From Coniocarpon cinnabarinum (taxonomy: Eukaryota): DNA of 58,213 bases. Below the pieces are notes generated by a model, which was not told where the DNA came from, did no database searches, and was given only the letters and a program-made list of their open reading frames with translations. Made by a program: the position numbers and the translations under genes. Position 1 is the stretch's first letter. Every line of letters begins with the position of its first letter. This document shows, in pieces, positions 1-10,656 of this stretch. The stretch spans positions 62,001 through 120,213 of the forward strand of contig JAVECO010000059.1 in the NCBI GenBank assembly GCA_051942205.1, written 5' to 3'.

Positions 1-520
1 CAAATCACAGGAGGAGATCGTCAACGCGGGCAGGGGAGGCAGTATGTCAAGGTCTGCGTACTATAAAAAGAACAACCGGTGGACGGAAGGCCTTATTTCT
101 GCCGCCAAAGCTGTCGCCGGGAGCACGAACACGTTAATTGAGATGGCGGACGGAGTTATTAGCTCTCGAAATAGCCCTGAACAGCTAATAGTTGCGTCGA
201 ACGACGTCTCGGCCTCAACGGCACAGCTGGTAGCGGCTTCCCGTGTGAAGGCTACCTTCATGAGCAAGACACAGGAGCGACTTGAAGAAGCGAGCAAGAG
301 AGTTACAGGGGCCTGCCGTAGTCTTGTTCGACAAGTACAGGAGATCATTGCGGAGAAGAGTCAGGGCGAGGAGCAGGTGGACTACAGCAAGCTCAGCGGG
401 CACGAGTTCAAAGTTCGAGAGATGGAGCAGCAAGTTGAAATTCTGCAATTGGAGAACGCTTTAAGTTCAGCACGTGGGCGGCTTGGAGAGATGCGCAAGC
501 TCAGCTATCAAGAGGATTGA
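1..520 (+). CDS. SLA2: Sla2/End4 (HIP1R-like) endocytic actin adaptor, C-terminal I/LWEQ domain; 5' part lies outside the window
   Basis: Translation YKKNNRWTEGLISAAKAVA...EQLIVASNDVSASTAQLVAASRVKA...EMEQQVEILQLE..L..AR.RLGEMRK is the hallmark I/LWEQ (THATCH) domain; stop at 518-520. Confidence 0.95.
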   Translation, partial: KSQEEIVNAGRGGSMSRSAYYKKNNRWTEGLISAAKAVAGSTNTLIEMADGVISSRNSPEQLIVASNDVSASTAQLVAASRVKATFMSKTQERLEEASKRVTGACRSLVRQVQEIIAEKSQGEEQVDYSKLSGHEFKVREMEQQVEILQLENALSSARGRLGEMRKLSYQED

Positions 521-908
521 CCTGTACATTACTAGCACTTCTTGCACCCACCCCAAAAAACCCATCCATTTTCCGCAAGAGGAGACTTCGTGACATGGTG
601 CCCTTGGTCGCTTTGCCGACCACTTTGCATCCACACAATCAAGACTTGTACCGGCGGACGAACCCAACATAAAGTCTCATTATTACGACCCTGCCCAAAT
701 CGCAGCATCAGAACAACGACCGCGTCGCGAGCTTCCATCTTACGCGACGCACTCTGTTGAAGCTCCTGACTGGTATCAGACAGAAGCTTTAGCAATTAGT
801 CAGTAACGCCTTGACTTGCTTCAGAGCGCCTCTACCTTCCCTCCGCATGCGCATCCAGACAATGATACAGAAGTTCGCTGCACGGACGATGAGTCTTACC
901 CTTCGAAG

Positions 909-3618
909 ATGGCAGGCTTCACAGCGCTTCTGTTCGCATACGTTCTTGGAGGCTTGACGTTTATCCCCCTGCTGCTGCTAGGGTTCTGGTCCCATGCCTA
1001 CTTCTCACTTCCGGTCGCGCCAGAACCACCGCAAGCGCAGGGCGCACCAGTAGATGATAGTGAGCGCGATCATGCTTTAGAGGAGAAGCTCTCGCAACAT
1101 TTGAATGAGCCAGATGCTGCCTCTGGATATTTTGCAGTATGCCGAGAGTTCGTCCCTGCTGGCGTGAATGGCCGACCGCCAGAGAGAACGACTCCCACTG
1201 GTGAACTGGTCAACACCGACAATCCCAGCGTGTATCAGTCCATGTACAGAAGTATCTTCGACCGCAACAAGGCTCAGCAACCGACATTGGAAGCTGGCAA
1301 GTCTCCAAGAAAAGGTCGTAACCTGTTCTTCGTCGTTATCAGGTTAGCCAAGCTGCTTCTCAACTAGTCTCAGTAATTGCTAACACGGTCTCAGACACAG
1401 TCACTTGGTTTTGTTCGACAATGAGCAGCAGCTGGAAATCCGTCACGTCCTTTCACTCGCTCACCACACGGTTGATGTATATGCTGGTGAGGAGGATCTC
1501 CCCGAGGGCGAGCTCTGGATCAAGCGCAACTGCATTCGGTTAAAGAAGAAGCCAGAGTACTTGACCAGTGATAGCGCCACCGCACCTTTCTATCTCTTCG
1601 CTGATAACAGTTCGAGGAAGGAAGATTTCTATCACTCCCTCTTGCGCCATCAAAGGCAAGACACGCACGCGCATGAAGACATACCTGCGCCGCTTCCTTT
1701 TGAGACTGACGATATGATCAAACTCATCCGACAGCTCCACACTTCAGAAGAGAACACACAGTCACGTTGGCTGAACGCTCTACTCGGCCGACTCTTTCTG
1801 GCGCTCTACAAGACACATGAGGTGGAGAGCCATGTCCGCAACAAGATCAGCAAGAAAATCTCGCGAGTCGCTAAGCCAGCCTTCATCTCGAGCCTGAACC
1901 TGCGTGATGTGCTTCTGGGCGATGCTGCCCCTTCATTCATGAATCCGAAATTACGCGAAATGACAGTGGATGGCGCGCTTACGATCGAGGCTGATGTACG
2001 ATACTCCGGAAACTTCAAAGCTGTCATCGCTGCTGTTGCACGCATCGATCTCGGTGCAAAGCTTAAAGCCAGGGAAGTCAGTTTAGTACTCGCTGGCGTC
2101 TTGAGAAGGCTTGAAGGCCATGTTCTGTTCAAAATCAAGCCCCCTCCAAGCAATCGTATCTGGATCTCTTTCGAAACGATGCCCAAACTCGACATCTCGC
2201 TGGAACCTATCGTGAGTCAGCGGCAGATTACTTATGGGCCCATACTTCGTGCAATGGTGGGACGCATTCAAGAGGTTGTTGCGGAGACTGTCGTGCTACC
2301 GAACTGGGACGATTTGGCTTTCACCAACACCGAAAGAAAGAATACTCGTGGTGGAGTATGGAAGCACAGGGAAGAGCCTCAGTCATTCACGGCAGCAGAA
2401 AAGGACACGGAAAATGCTGCTTCACACGAACTTCAGAAGGATAGATCAAACACAGGCGCTTCAAGCACGGAACGAGAAGCGGCTGTAGCCGAGTCCTCAA
2501 GCAGTGACTTCCGAGCTGAAGGCGCCTCTCACCTCAACGCGCCGAATGGTTTGGTTGAAGCCACAGACACGGGCACGCTGGAACCAGGTCAAGCCCATGC
2601 AGCTTCAATCTCCACTCCCGCAATCGCCCACACAAGGGATGTTGAGAAACCGAAAGCCATGCGCTCACACTCATTTGCGTCTGCTGCTTCACCAATAGTT
2701 AGCAAGAGTCCTGCCACTACTGAGGGTACCAGGCGTCGTTCTAAGAAAGGGCGTAAGGATGCGGCAAGCGCTATGCAAGACCTTGCGAGCCGATCTCCTG
2801 AAATGTCACCAACCACGACCCCTGCGAAACCGATCCTGAATGGCGCGTCGAATGATGTATCTGACTGGATCAGCTCAGAACCGAGCAGTCTCGACGACAA
2901 AGCACACATGCTCACTGCTCCAGGTGAACCGGATGAAGGCCTCACATCGACTTCTACGCAGCCAATTTCCGTCCCACGTCTTCGCGCGACGTCGATGACG
3001 GACCCGGGTGTCTCTACAGCTCGTTCTACGTCTTCCAAAGACCGAACCAAGGCCTTCAACCATTCCCTTACCGCAGCCACTGCAGCAGCAACCAAATGGA
3101 GTCTTGGTATGCTTAACATGCAAGACAAGAATTCGAACGCATCGCCGCCCAAGTTGCCGCCGCGCCCTGAGCCTGTGGGACGTGGGCAGCCACTGCCACC
3201 TCCAGGAATGCCACTTCCAAAGCCAGAAAAGAGCACTTGGTCCAATGCTGCCCTTAACACGTTCCGCCGGAAGTCGGGAAAGTCGATATCTGAGTCGAGC
3301 TCTAGATCAATTACGCGGACCAACTCGCCGGCGCGTAAAGACCCAGACCCAGCTGATGATACGAAGCTTGATCAATCTTCCTTGTCACAAAGAGACAGAG
3401 CAGCGATCGGAGAGTCAGCATCGGAGTCAGCTTTGCCACCAAGTTTGAAGATTGATCGTGCTTCAGACACTACTGCAAAAGTGCATGAGCATTCGAATAC
3501 CGACAATCTGATGACGATCTCCGCTCCTTCCGAATCTGCGCCAAGCACACCACGACCACGGACGCCAGAGCCTGACTACGCAAAGCAGATGGGGGAGGAG
3601 CTTTTAACTCGCCTCTAA
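909..3618 (+). CDS. Nvj2-like membrane-contact-site protein (N-terminal TM, PH-like region, SMP domain, disordered tail)
   Basis: ATG 909; TM segment AYVLGGLTFIPLLL; intron 1343-1394 (GTTAGC...GCTAAC...TCAG) joins to RHSHLVLFD; SMP motifs WLNALLGRLFL and KPPPSNRIW.SF..MP...LEPIVS. Confidence 0.85.
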
Positions 3619-4086
3619 GTGGGAGATGAACTGCATACGGCGTTCAATGTTGTACGATAGACGACGAGCGACAGGATCATATGAATGGCGTTGCATTGCA
3701 CGGAATTTGGGGCGGTGAAATTGTGCGTCAGAGCATTGTAGAACGGATGGTTGGACCAGTCGAGGTCTGCAAACCTGATACAAATCCATCGGGTATTTGG
3801 TCACGACTTATAGACTAATTGGAGTTGTCACGCCCTTTGTGATGGATGCTTCCCCCTTTTCCCGGCTGCATACAAAACAAGGTAAGGCCAGGAGCTTAGA
3901 AACGCACGATGTGAATCGTTAGAATCGAGGTAGATGCTGCATTTGAAAGCTGCGCTACGTGGACATGCTGGGATACACCATAGCACAAGATGCAAAGCAG
4001 TAGCTGCAGACTCATAAGAGCCATTCAACGAACCAATCGAAACCTGTTGGTGTCCTAACCTCTGCTCTGCTCGATGCTTGACGCAT

Positions 4087-4923
4087 CTACTCTTCTTCCT
4101 CATCACCGCCTTCGTCATCGCCACCACCTTCCTTCTTCTCCGCAGCCTTGGCCTTCTTCCTCCGGACACGACCCGCGCGGCCACCGCCAAACGGACTCGT
4201 CAGACTGAAATCAATATGCTTCTGGCTGTCGAGACGCACAACGAAGCTGGGGACGTTAACGATCTGTTTACCGACGCGGATGTGGCGCTGGCGGATGAGC
4301 ACACGCGCGTGGTGAATTGACTTGGCAAGCCCCAGCTTGTAGACACAGGTCTGGAGACGGCGCTCCAAGAAGTCCTCCACGCGCAGAGCGAGCACGTAAT
4401 CGAGCTTCATGCGGGATTCGTCGAGGACGCCGGTACGGACGAGACGGCGGATTAGGGCGTTGCCTTCGAAGAGACGACGAGGGTCTTTTTCATCGAGCGT
4501 CAGGAGTTGACTGTGGAATGTTCATCAGCTTGGCGGTTCTGTGTGTGGCAGGATGAGTCGTGCGCTTTGTGTACCGGGCAGCTCGTCGAATTTTGGAAAG
4601 CGTGAGCATGACACGCCACACTTCGCGCTTGTTGCGGAGACCATATTCGCCGACGATCTTGAGCTCGGAGTCGCTGGGTGGCGGTGTTAGTTTGGGAAAC
4701 CATCGACGTGAGCAGAGACACGCTCGTGCTCAGTGGCCGGGTATTACTAACAGACGTGCCGACTCGAATGCTGTTGCACACGTCAGTTCATGTCAAGGTA
4801 CGAGATGAAGTCTTAATGCTTACGTCTTCGAGGGACCTTGTAGGTCTTGGAGTACTTGCGTCTGGCGGCAGATCAGTATTTTTGAATAAGGTCAAGCTGG
4901 ATCATTGAAGCTTACGGTGCCAT
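4087..4923 (-). CDS. RPS9: 40S ribosomal protein S9 (uS4), 5 exons
   Basis: Spliced [42 protein letters not shown]...LFEGNAL...[35 protein letters not shown]; four GT-AG introns with CTRAY branch sites. Confidence 0.97.
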
Positions 4924-5142
4924 TTTCACGATGCACACAAGTAATGGCGATCAGCGATGGGGAGAAAGGAAATGTAGACGTAGTGGCGTGTCTAGGTAAG
5001 TGTGTAGAGGGGAAATGTGTGGGTACTCAATTACATAATCAGCCCTACCACTTTTCAGTCCACACTCCAGCGACCTACACTCGTGCAAGTGCACGACCAC
5101 GAATCCTCACGCTCTGCTTCGTTCTTCACACAGACCGGCGCC
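4924..5142. promoter_or_regulatory. Bidirectional RPS9/RPL21 promoter with a CAGCCCTA motif at 5040-5047
   Basis: Only ~220 bp separates two head-to-head ribosomal protein start codons. A regulatory role for CAGCCCTA is inferred from its resemblance to fungal ribosomal-protein promoter elements. Confidence 0.55.
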
Positions 5143-5762
5143 ATGGGTCACTCTAACGGTCTCAAAGCCGGCACACGGGTTCGTTGATTCCCTCGCCAGT
5201 GTCCAGGAATGGCCTTCGGATGAACGTGCACTGACGCATATACAGTATGCCTTCTCAAGAGGCTTCAAGAATCATGGCTTGATCAATCTCTCCACGTACA
5301 TGCGCACGTACCGCGTCGGCGACATAGTTGACATCGTAGTGAACGGCGCAGTACAAAAAGGGTACCTCACCCGTTCCCAACCCTGAACCTCTGCGCAATC
5401 CATGAAACCGCTAACGTCCACCCCGCAGCATGCCCTACAAAATCTACCACGGCAAAACCGGCGTCGTCTACAACGTCACCAAGTCCTCGCTGGGCGTCAT
5501 CCTGTACAAGCGCGTCGGCAACCGCTACATGGAGAAGCGCGTGAGCGTGCGCATCGAGCACGTGCGGCCGTCTGGCTCGCGGGACGATTTCCTGAAGCGC
5601 GTCAAGGAGAATGCGGCGAAGAAGCGGGAGGCTAAGGAGAAGGGGACGAAGTTGCAGGTGAAGCGCATGCCGGCACAGCCAAGGGAGGCGAGAACAGTGG
5701 AAGCGGGGAAGGAGAATCGACCGGAGAGCATTGCACCTGTGGCTTATGAGACGACGATATGA
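5143..5762 (+). CDS. RPL21: 60S ribosomal protein L21 (eL21), 3 exons
   Basis: [19 protein letters not shown]...[35 protein letters not shown]...[10 protein letters not shown]...PVAYETTI; two introns. Confidence 0.97.
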
Positions 5763-6651
5763 GCTTGCTGTGGGATTCTGGTGGATGTGGTGATTCAGGT
5801 GAGGTGCGTAACAACTGAGACGCCGCATTGATCTGCAAGTGGGTCAAAGAGCTCTCTCCATGAAGCATATTGCAAGACACAGACGGCCCTTTGCGAGAAG
5901 ATCTTCATCGAAATGCTCTTTGTTTCAAACCCGTTGGCGAACGCTATCGCTGTTATCGGTAAGGCATTTCCATGCGTTGCCCTTATTTTGGACTTTCTCT
6001 GTATGTGTCGTGTCAGTCCCAACTTCCGTCACCTGCAATCTTGCTGGGGAAGCCTTTAGTCACTACAACCTGCCTAACATGCCGCTCACGCCCATGGATG
6101 GGTTCAAGATCAGTTTTTAGTGAACTTGCAATTTTGTCCTCAAACGCTAAGTACTACCGGCAAAAGCCTCTATCCAACAGGGAATGAGACGAAACTTTAG
6201 TTACAGAGAAGACTTCTGGCCCAGTTAATGGTACATCGTTCCTCGACCATTAAAGTTTTTCCCTCTCATTCCTCGTCATTTTCTCCTTGGAAGCCAACTG
6301 ACTTTACAACATCATGCAAGCCTAGTCCTAAGTATCAACGTTGGTGCCAACGCGCTGACCGATGTACGCGGGCTTGCCAGTCTTGTTCCCAGTCAAGCAA
6401 TTACGTCCGGTCAGTCCTGATGTCGTACCGTAATTAGCGTTCATGACCTACCTAGCATGTCTGGTCATTCATGCGAACAATGCTCTTCCCAGGACCAAGT
6501 TGTGGGCTTTTACGCCAGAAGTGCTATTGATACAAATAAAAAAATACTTTGGCACAGCTGGCGTTATATTTCCTCAATTATTGGGAGCTTTGAGGAGTTT
6601 CTAAACGCTATGACCGATTGCTGTAGTATGTAGCGCTGGCATACTGCTCGC

Positions 6652-8748
6652 TCACTCAGCTCTCTTCAAAGGCTTATCCAAAGCATCGAACCGCGCCCCC
6701 GTAATCCTCGCCTTCAGCCACAGCACCGCCAGCCGCAGTCCCAAAGCACCCAAAGCCCACAGCATGCCCCCAACAGGCGCCGCAACAAACGCACCAAACG
6801 CACCCCAGTCATCCGCATATAGGCCACCTTCCAGCAAGATCAGTTTCGCCCCTTGATCTGCATTCCCATAGTAGATCGTCCCAAAGATGAACACGGTCAG
6901 GATCCCGCCGAGACCGCCCACCACCACTTCGAAGCCTTGCCAGATATACGCTCGATCCCATAGCCCGATGATCAGAACGGGGATGGTGCTCGCGGAGACA
7001 AGGTCAGAGATGAGGTAGATTTGGAGGATGTCTGGGCTTTTGAGCGCGACGACCACGACGGGTACGATGATCACGACAACAGCGGCTCTGATGACCCACA
7101 GATTGAGCTTGTTGCGGAAGAGGTCATTGGAGCCGGTGCTGATCATCGCGTTTTGCAAGCTGTCGAATGCAGCTGTAGAAAGGGAGACGACGAGGACGAG
7201 GACAATGCCGACGACCCATGCTGGAAGCTGGCCGAGGAGCAAGAAAAAAGCGAGATAGCCGTCTTCCGAGTCGAAGGTAATTGCGCCGCTCCAGCCAGCG
7301 AGGAGACCTGTGACGCCCACCAGGAGTAGGATGAGCAGCACGGCCACAGAGGCAAGGGATGTACCGATCCAGAGATCGCGGTCGGAGCGGCTGGCGAATG
7401 TGCGCTGCCAGAAGTTGCTGAGGAAGAAGTCGTTGGTTAGAACCGCGACCGGAAGGATGTAGAGGAGCTGCCAGCCGAGGAGGCTTGCATCGAGGTAATG
7501 GCTCTCGGGGATGAGAGAGCGGTCGATGTGCGTGGTTGAGCCGATGGTGATGACTGCGATGATGATCAGGAGGACCACCATGGTGCCTTGGATGTTGTCT
7601 GTGAAGAAGGAGACCTTGAAGCCGCCGAGGGCTGTGTAGATGGTGGTGACGGCGCATTCGACTATGACGGCAGGCAGTCCATTGAGGCCGGTCATGGCGT
7701 TGATGATTTGTTGCAAGGCTGAAAGCTCAGACACCATGTACAGAAACAGTGTAATTAGTCTGAAGATATGTGAGTCTCTTGTAATATTTGATAGGATCAA
7801 AGAAAGAGTGCTCACGTCATGGCACTGAGATACAGCGCGGTCACCGGTCCATATCGCTGGCGAGTCCACTCCGTCAATACAAAGCCTTCAGGACATTTGC
7901 GTCGAATGATAGGTCCCAGCGCCGCGAACGCCAGGAGCGGAAGTGCAGAGGCAAAGACATAAATGATAAGCCCCTGAAGACCAGCAATAGTTGATACTTC
8001 AGGGTACGTGAACAGGATGCCAGATCCAAGCGCTGGAATGAATACCTAGAGTCAGCTACAACACCATTGGTTAGGGGGAAAGGGAAAGGATAGGAGCAAC
8101 GGCAGCACTTCCCCACGCAAGCATTATCTTGATCGGGTAGATTGCGGTTCTTCTCAGCATCTGGATTGGCCTGGTCTAAGAACTCAAGCAGACATGCATC
8201 AAGTCCTTAGATCAGGCCATCCAGTAGCGCCCGCAGTGCAGCCGCGCAGGAAGGCATCTTCCTCGCACAGATGACTGTCCGTAGTAACAGACAGAACCAT
8301 TCCGCGCGAGGATATGCTTCAAGCGTTGGAGCTTCCACACAAACCTGTTCCACTTGATCCAGCTCATGTCCATCCATGTCGATGATAGACTGGACATTTT
8401 GGCCTCCGAATGCTTGCATAGGTCGCGCTCAACTGTCCCATTCCGCCTCACTCACCAGACGCAATGAAGTTGAGCGCCAATGGGATACCTGGCCAGAGTT
8501 AGACATACACAATGTTGCAACCAAAGAGACTGCTTCAGTGAAGCGGGGCTGACCACGCTGCGTTCTGTTGCTCGAAAGATATTCAGTTTTGCCCTGATCG
8601 CGCACTCTCCATGCAACCCCCAAACCCGTCACTCTGTGCTTCGTTAGTCGACCCGATCTTGCGTACCAGGCTAAGCGTGCCGGTACAGGAAGGCTGCATA
8701 GGTGCAGTATATGATGGCGTTTGACGCCGGCTCCGAGGGAACACCCAT
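6652..8748 (-). CDS. SSS-family transporter, DUR31/NCU01977-like (often annotated as a urea transporter; probably a thiamine or precursor transporter)
   Basis: Exons 8748-8687, 8633-8554, 8488-8456, 8032-7816 and 7759-6652 splice in frame: MGVPSEPASNAIIYCTYAAFL|VTGLGVAWRVRDQGKTEYLSSNRTQR|GIPLALNFIAS|ALGSGILFTYPE...GGFKVSFFTDNIQG...FWQRTFAS; many TM helices. The 3' end could include a further small exon. Confidence 0.9.
8105..8239 (-). ncRNA. TPP (thiamine pyrophosphate) riboswitch aptamer inside intron 3 (8033-8455) of the transporter
   Basis: Minus strand reads GCAC-UGCGG-GCGC...[long P3 hairpin CUGGAU/AUCCAG, GGCCUG/CAGGCC, UCUAAGGA/UUCUUAGA]...UGCUGAGAAGAA-CCGCA-AUCUACCCGAUCAAGAUAAUGCUUGCGUGGGGAA-GUGC. 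It shows the CUGAGA motif, P2 UGCGG/CCGCA, the GAUC..GAUAAUGC..GCG..GGGA core and P1 GCAC/GUGC. Confidence 0.93.
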
Positions 8749-9396
8749 TATTTCTCTACAGTCCTGGCAAGAACACTTGGCAACAGGAGTATGGCCAGGG
8801 AGAGGCGGGATGTCTATAAGGTTTGAAAATTTGATGTCTCAATGGGGAAGCATGACGTTGCATTCTGACTCGCGCGCAATCATGTGGTACTACGTGGCGT
8901 TCATGTTTCTTAGGCCGGACGAAACTTGCACGCACTTGAACGTTGTGCGTATCCATTCGATGATGCACGGATTCAGCTGGTGTAGTGTGGGAAAATCAGT
9001 TGTAGATGCAGGGGCTGGGAACGGGGCCAAAAATGATATTACGACCAAAAAATCTTTCGTACAGACAGATTACCGCAACGTCATTCTACGCTTTCGAGAC
9101 TCGCGCGGGGATGTCTTAACCTGTTAGATGTCGTAGACATTTGCAACGGGCTCTACTCTACCGTTTCACAGAGCCGTTGGGCAATATGGGCGTAGGTAGG
9201 AGCCGACCTATCTACTTCATGCTCAGCGCTGTAGCTGGTCCCGATCCGGATGCGAAGTAGAGTGTCACCATCCATTTTCAGTGAGCGGCGCAGCGCGGCG
9301 GGATGCCCAAGTTGTATGTTGAATTGAGCAGAGACGCAGAGACGTCGTCCTTACCGGGGACCGCTCGACCGAGTCGTTCGACGTGAACCCAGCGTC

Positions 9397-10059
9397 GTGC
9401 TCCGTGCCACGGAAATATCTGATCGGCACATGGCATGCCATGTTGAAAACACCGAAGAAGAAGACCTGTCCAGCGATGCCGCGCTGGACATGCTCCGGCG
9501 GCGCGGTCTGCAATCTGCGGCTAACACCCTCGACTCCTTGAGAGGCGCGACTGTGTCTGGATCTAAGACGGCAATCCTCAGGAGCGACTTTCCCCGAGTC
9601 CACGCTGCCACGCCGTCCACACTCTCCTCGCTCGACATTCAGGCAAACAATTTCACGCAGTACAGGATTTCGGATGTGTTCAAGCGTTGTAGCAAGAACG
9701 GTCGAGAAGAAGTCTCTGCCCTTATGCCATTCAGCACTGGATACTCAACGACAGTCTTCCAACGTAGCGCCGAACATGGAATGATGTCCACCCGCCACAT
9801 AGGCCTCAAGAATGTACTACCCACGGTGCCTCGAAGCCCTGGACCTATACATATTGCATCCAGCCCAGTAGTCCTTTACAGCCCATGCTACCCGGGATCT
9901 ACGCCGCACTCAACGGCTGCACAGTGCCATCTACCTTGCAGCCGTATTCGATGCAGTGCCACATGGACAGCTGCTTCCGCTCTGCGCCTTCAGCCAGGAC
10001 GGTTTTCTTATCGCGCCAGTCGCCGCTGGCTTTTCCTTAGGATCTCTCGAGCCGGATGA
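9397..10059 (+). CDS. Hypothetical ORF, possibly a degenerate gene fragment
   Basis: 220-codon ORF with no recognisable motif, at the edge of the decayed island. Confidence 0.2.
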   Translation: MLRATEISDRHMACHVENTEEEDLSSDAALDMLRRRGLQSAANTLDSLRGATVSGSKTAILRSDFPRVHAATPSTLSSLDIQANNFTQYRISDVFKRCSKNGREEVSALMPFSTGYSTTVFQRSAEHGMMSTRHIGLKNVLPTVPRSPGPIHIASSPVVLYSPCYPGSTPHSTAAQCHLPCSRIRCSATWTAASALRLQPGRFSYRASRRWLFLRISRAG

Positions 10060-10656
10060 CATACACTTCCACTGACTTTATTGCTGCGCGCAGCGTCTCA
10101 TTGACTGATGTCAAGCCTCGTTGTTTCAGTGTGGATGGCTGGCTTCGTGCTCAAATTGCGGGCTTCAAGATCTTGAGGTGCGTTGATTTTTTCACGTTGA
10201 GGTAGTGTGCGTTATGCAAAGTCGGTCGGATGCCCTTTCGAAAATCTTTGAGCTTTCGCCGAGACCCTTCAAACTAGGCTCACCAAATGCTGCTGATCTT
10301 TTAGACTTACGTAGGGTTACAGAATAATGCTCAGGATAGCGCGCTATTAGCCAAGCCGCCGCCGTGCGCACCTACTTGTCAGGCACCATTACGTTTTATG
10401 AAACACGTCTTCAGCGTTCGTGTCCTGCAAGTGGCCTGCACATGGCTGGCTCTGTGACCATCACCTTGCTTTAAAACGTCTAGTCTTTCAATCTTGAATG
10501 GCGGAGGACGCTCTCGGCAGGTCCGCGCGAGCGTTCCTCAAAAGTACGCACGCCCCCCAACCTCAGACAAGCGTTGATAATATTTGCACGATTGTCCACG
10601 GAATAGATCTCTTTGCCGGATTAATCACACGACACCTCGCACACGAATGACCGAGG

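Noticed and set aside
7788..8451. Several short ORFs around the transporter's 5' region, including the ORF-track start at 7869
   Set aside because: Explained by exon 4 in another frame plus intron and riboswitch sequence; the supported start is ATG 8748.
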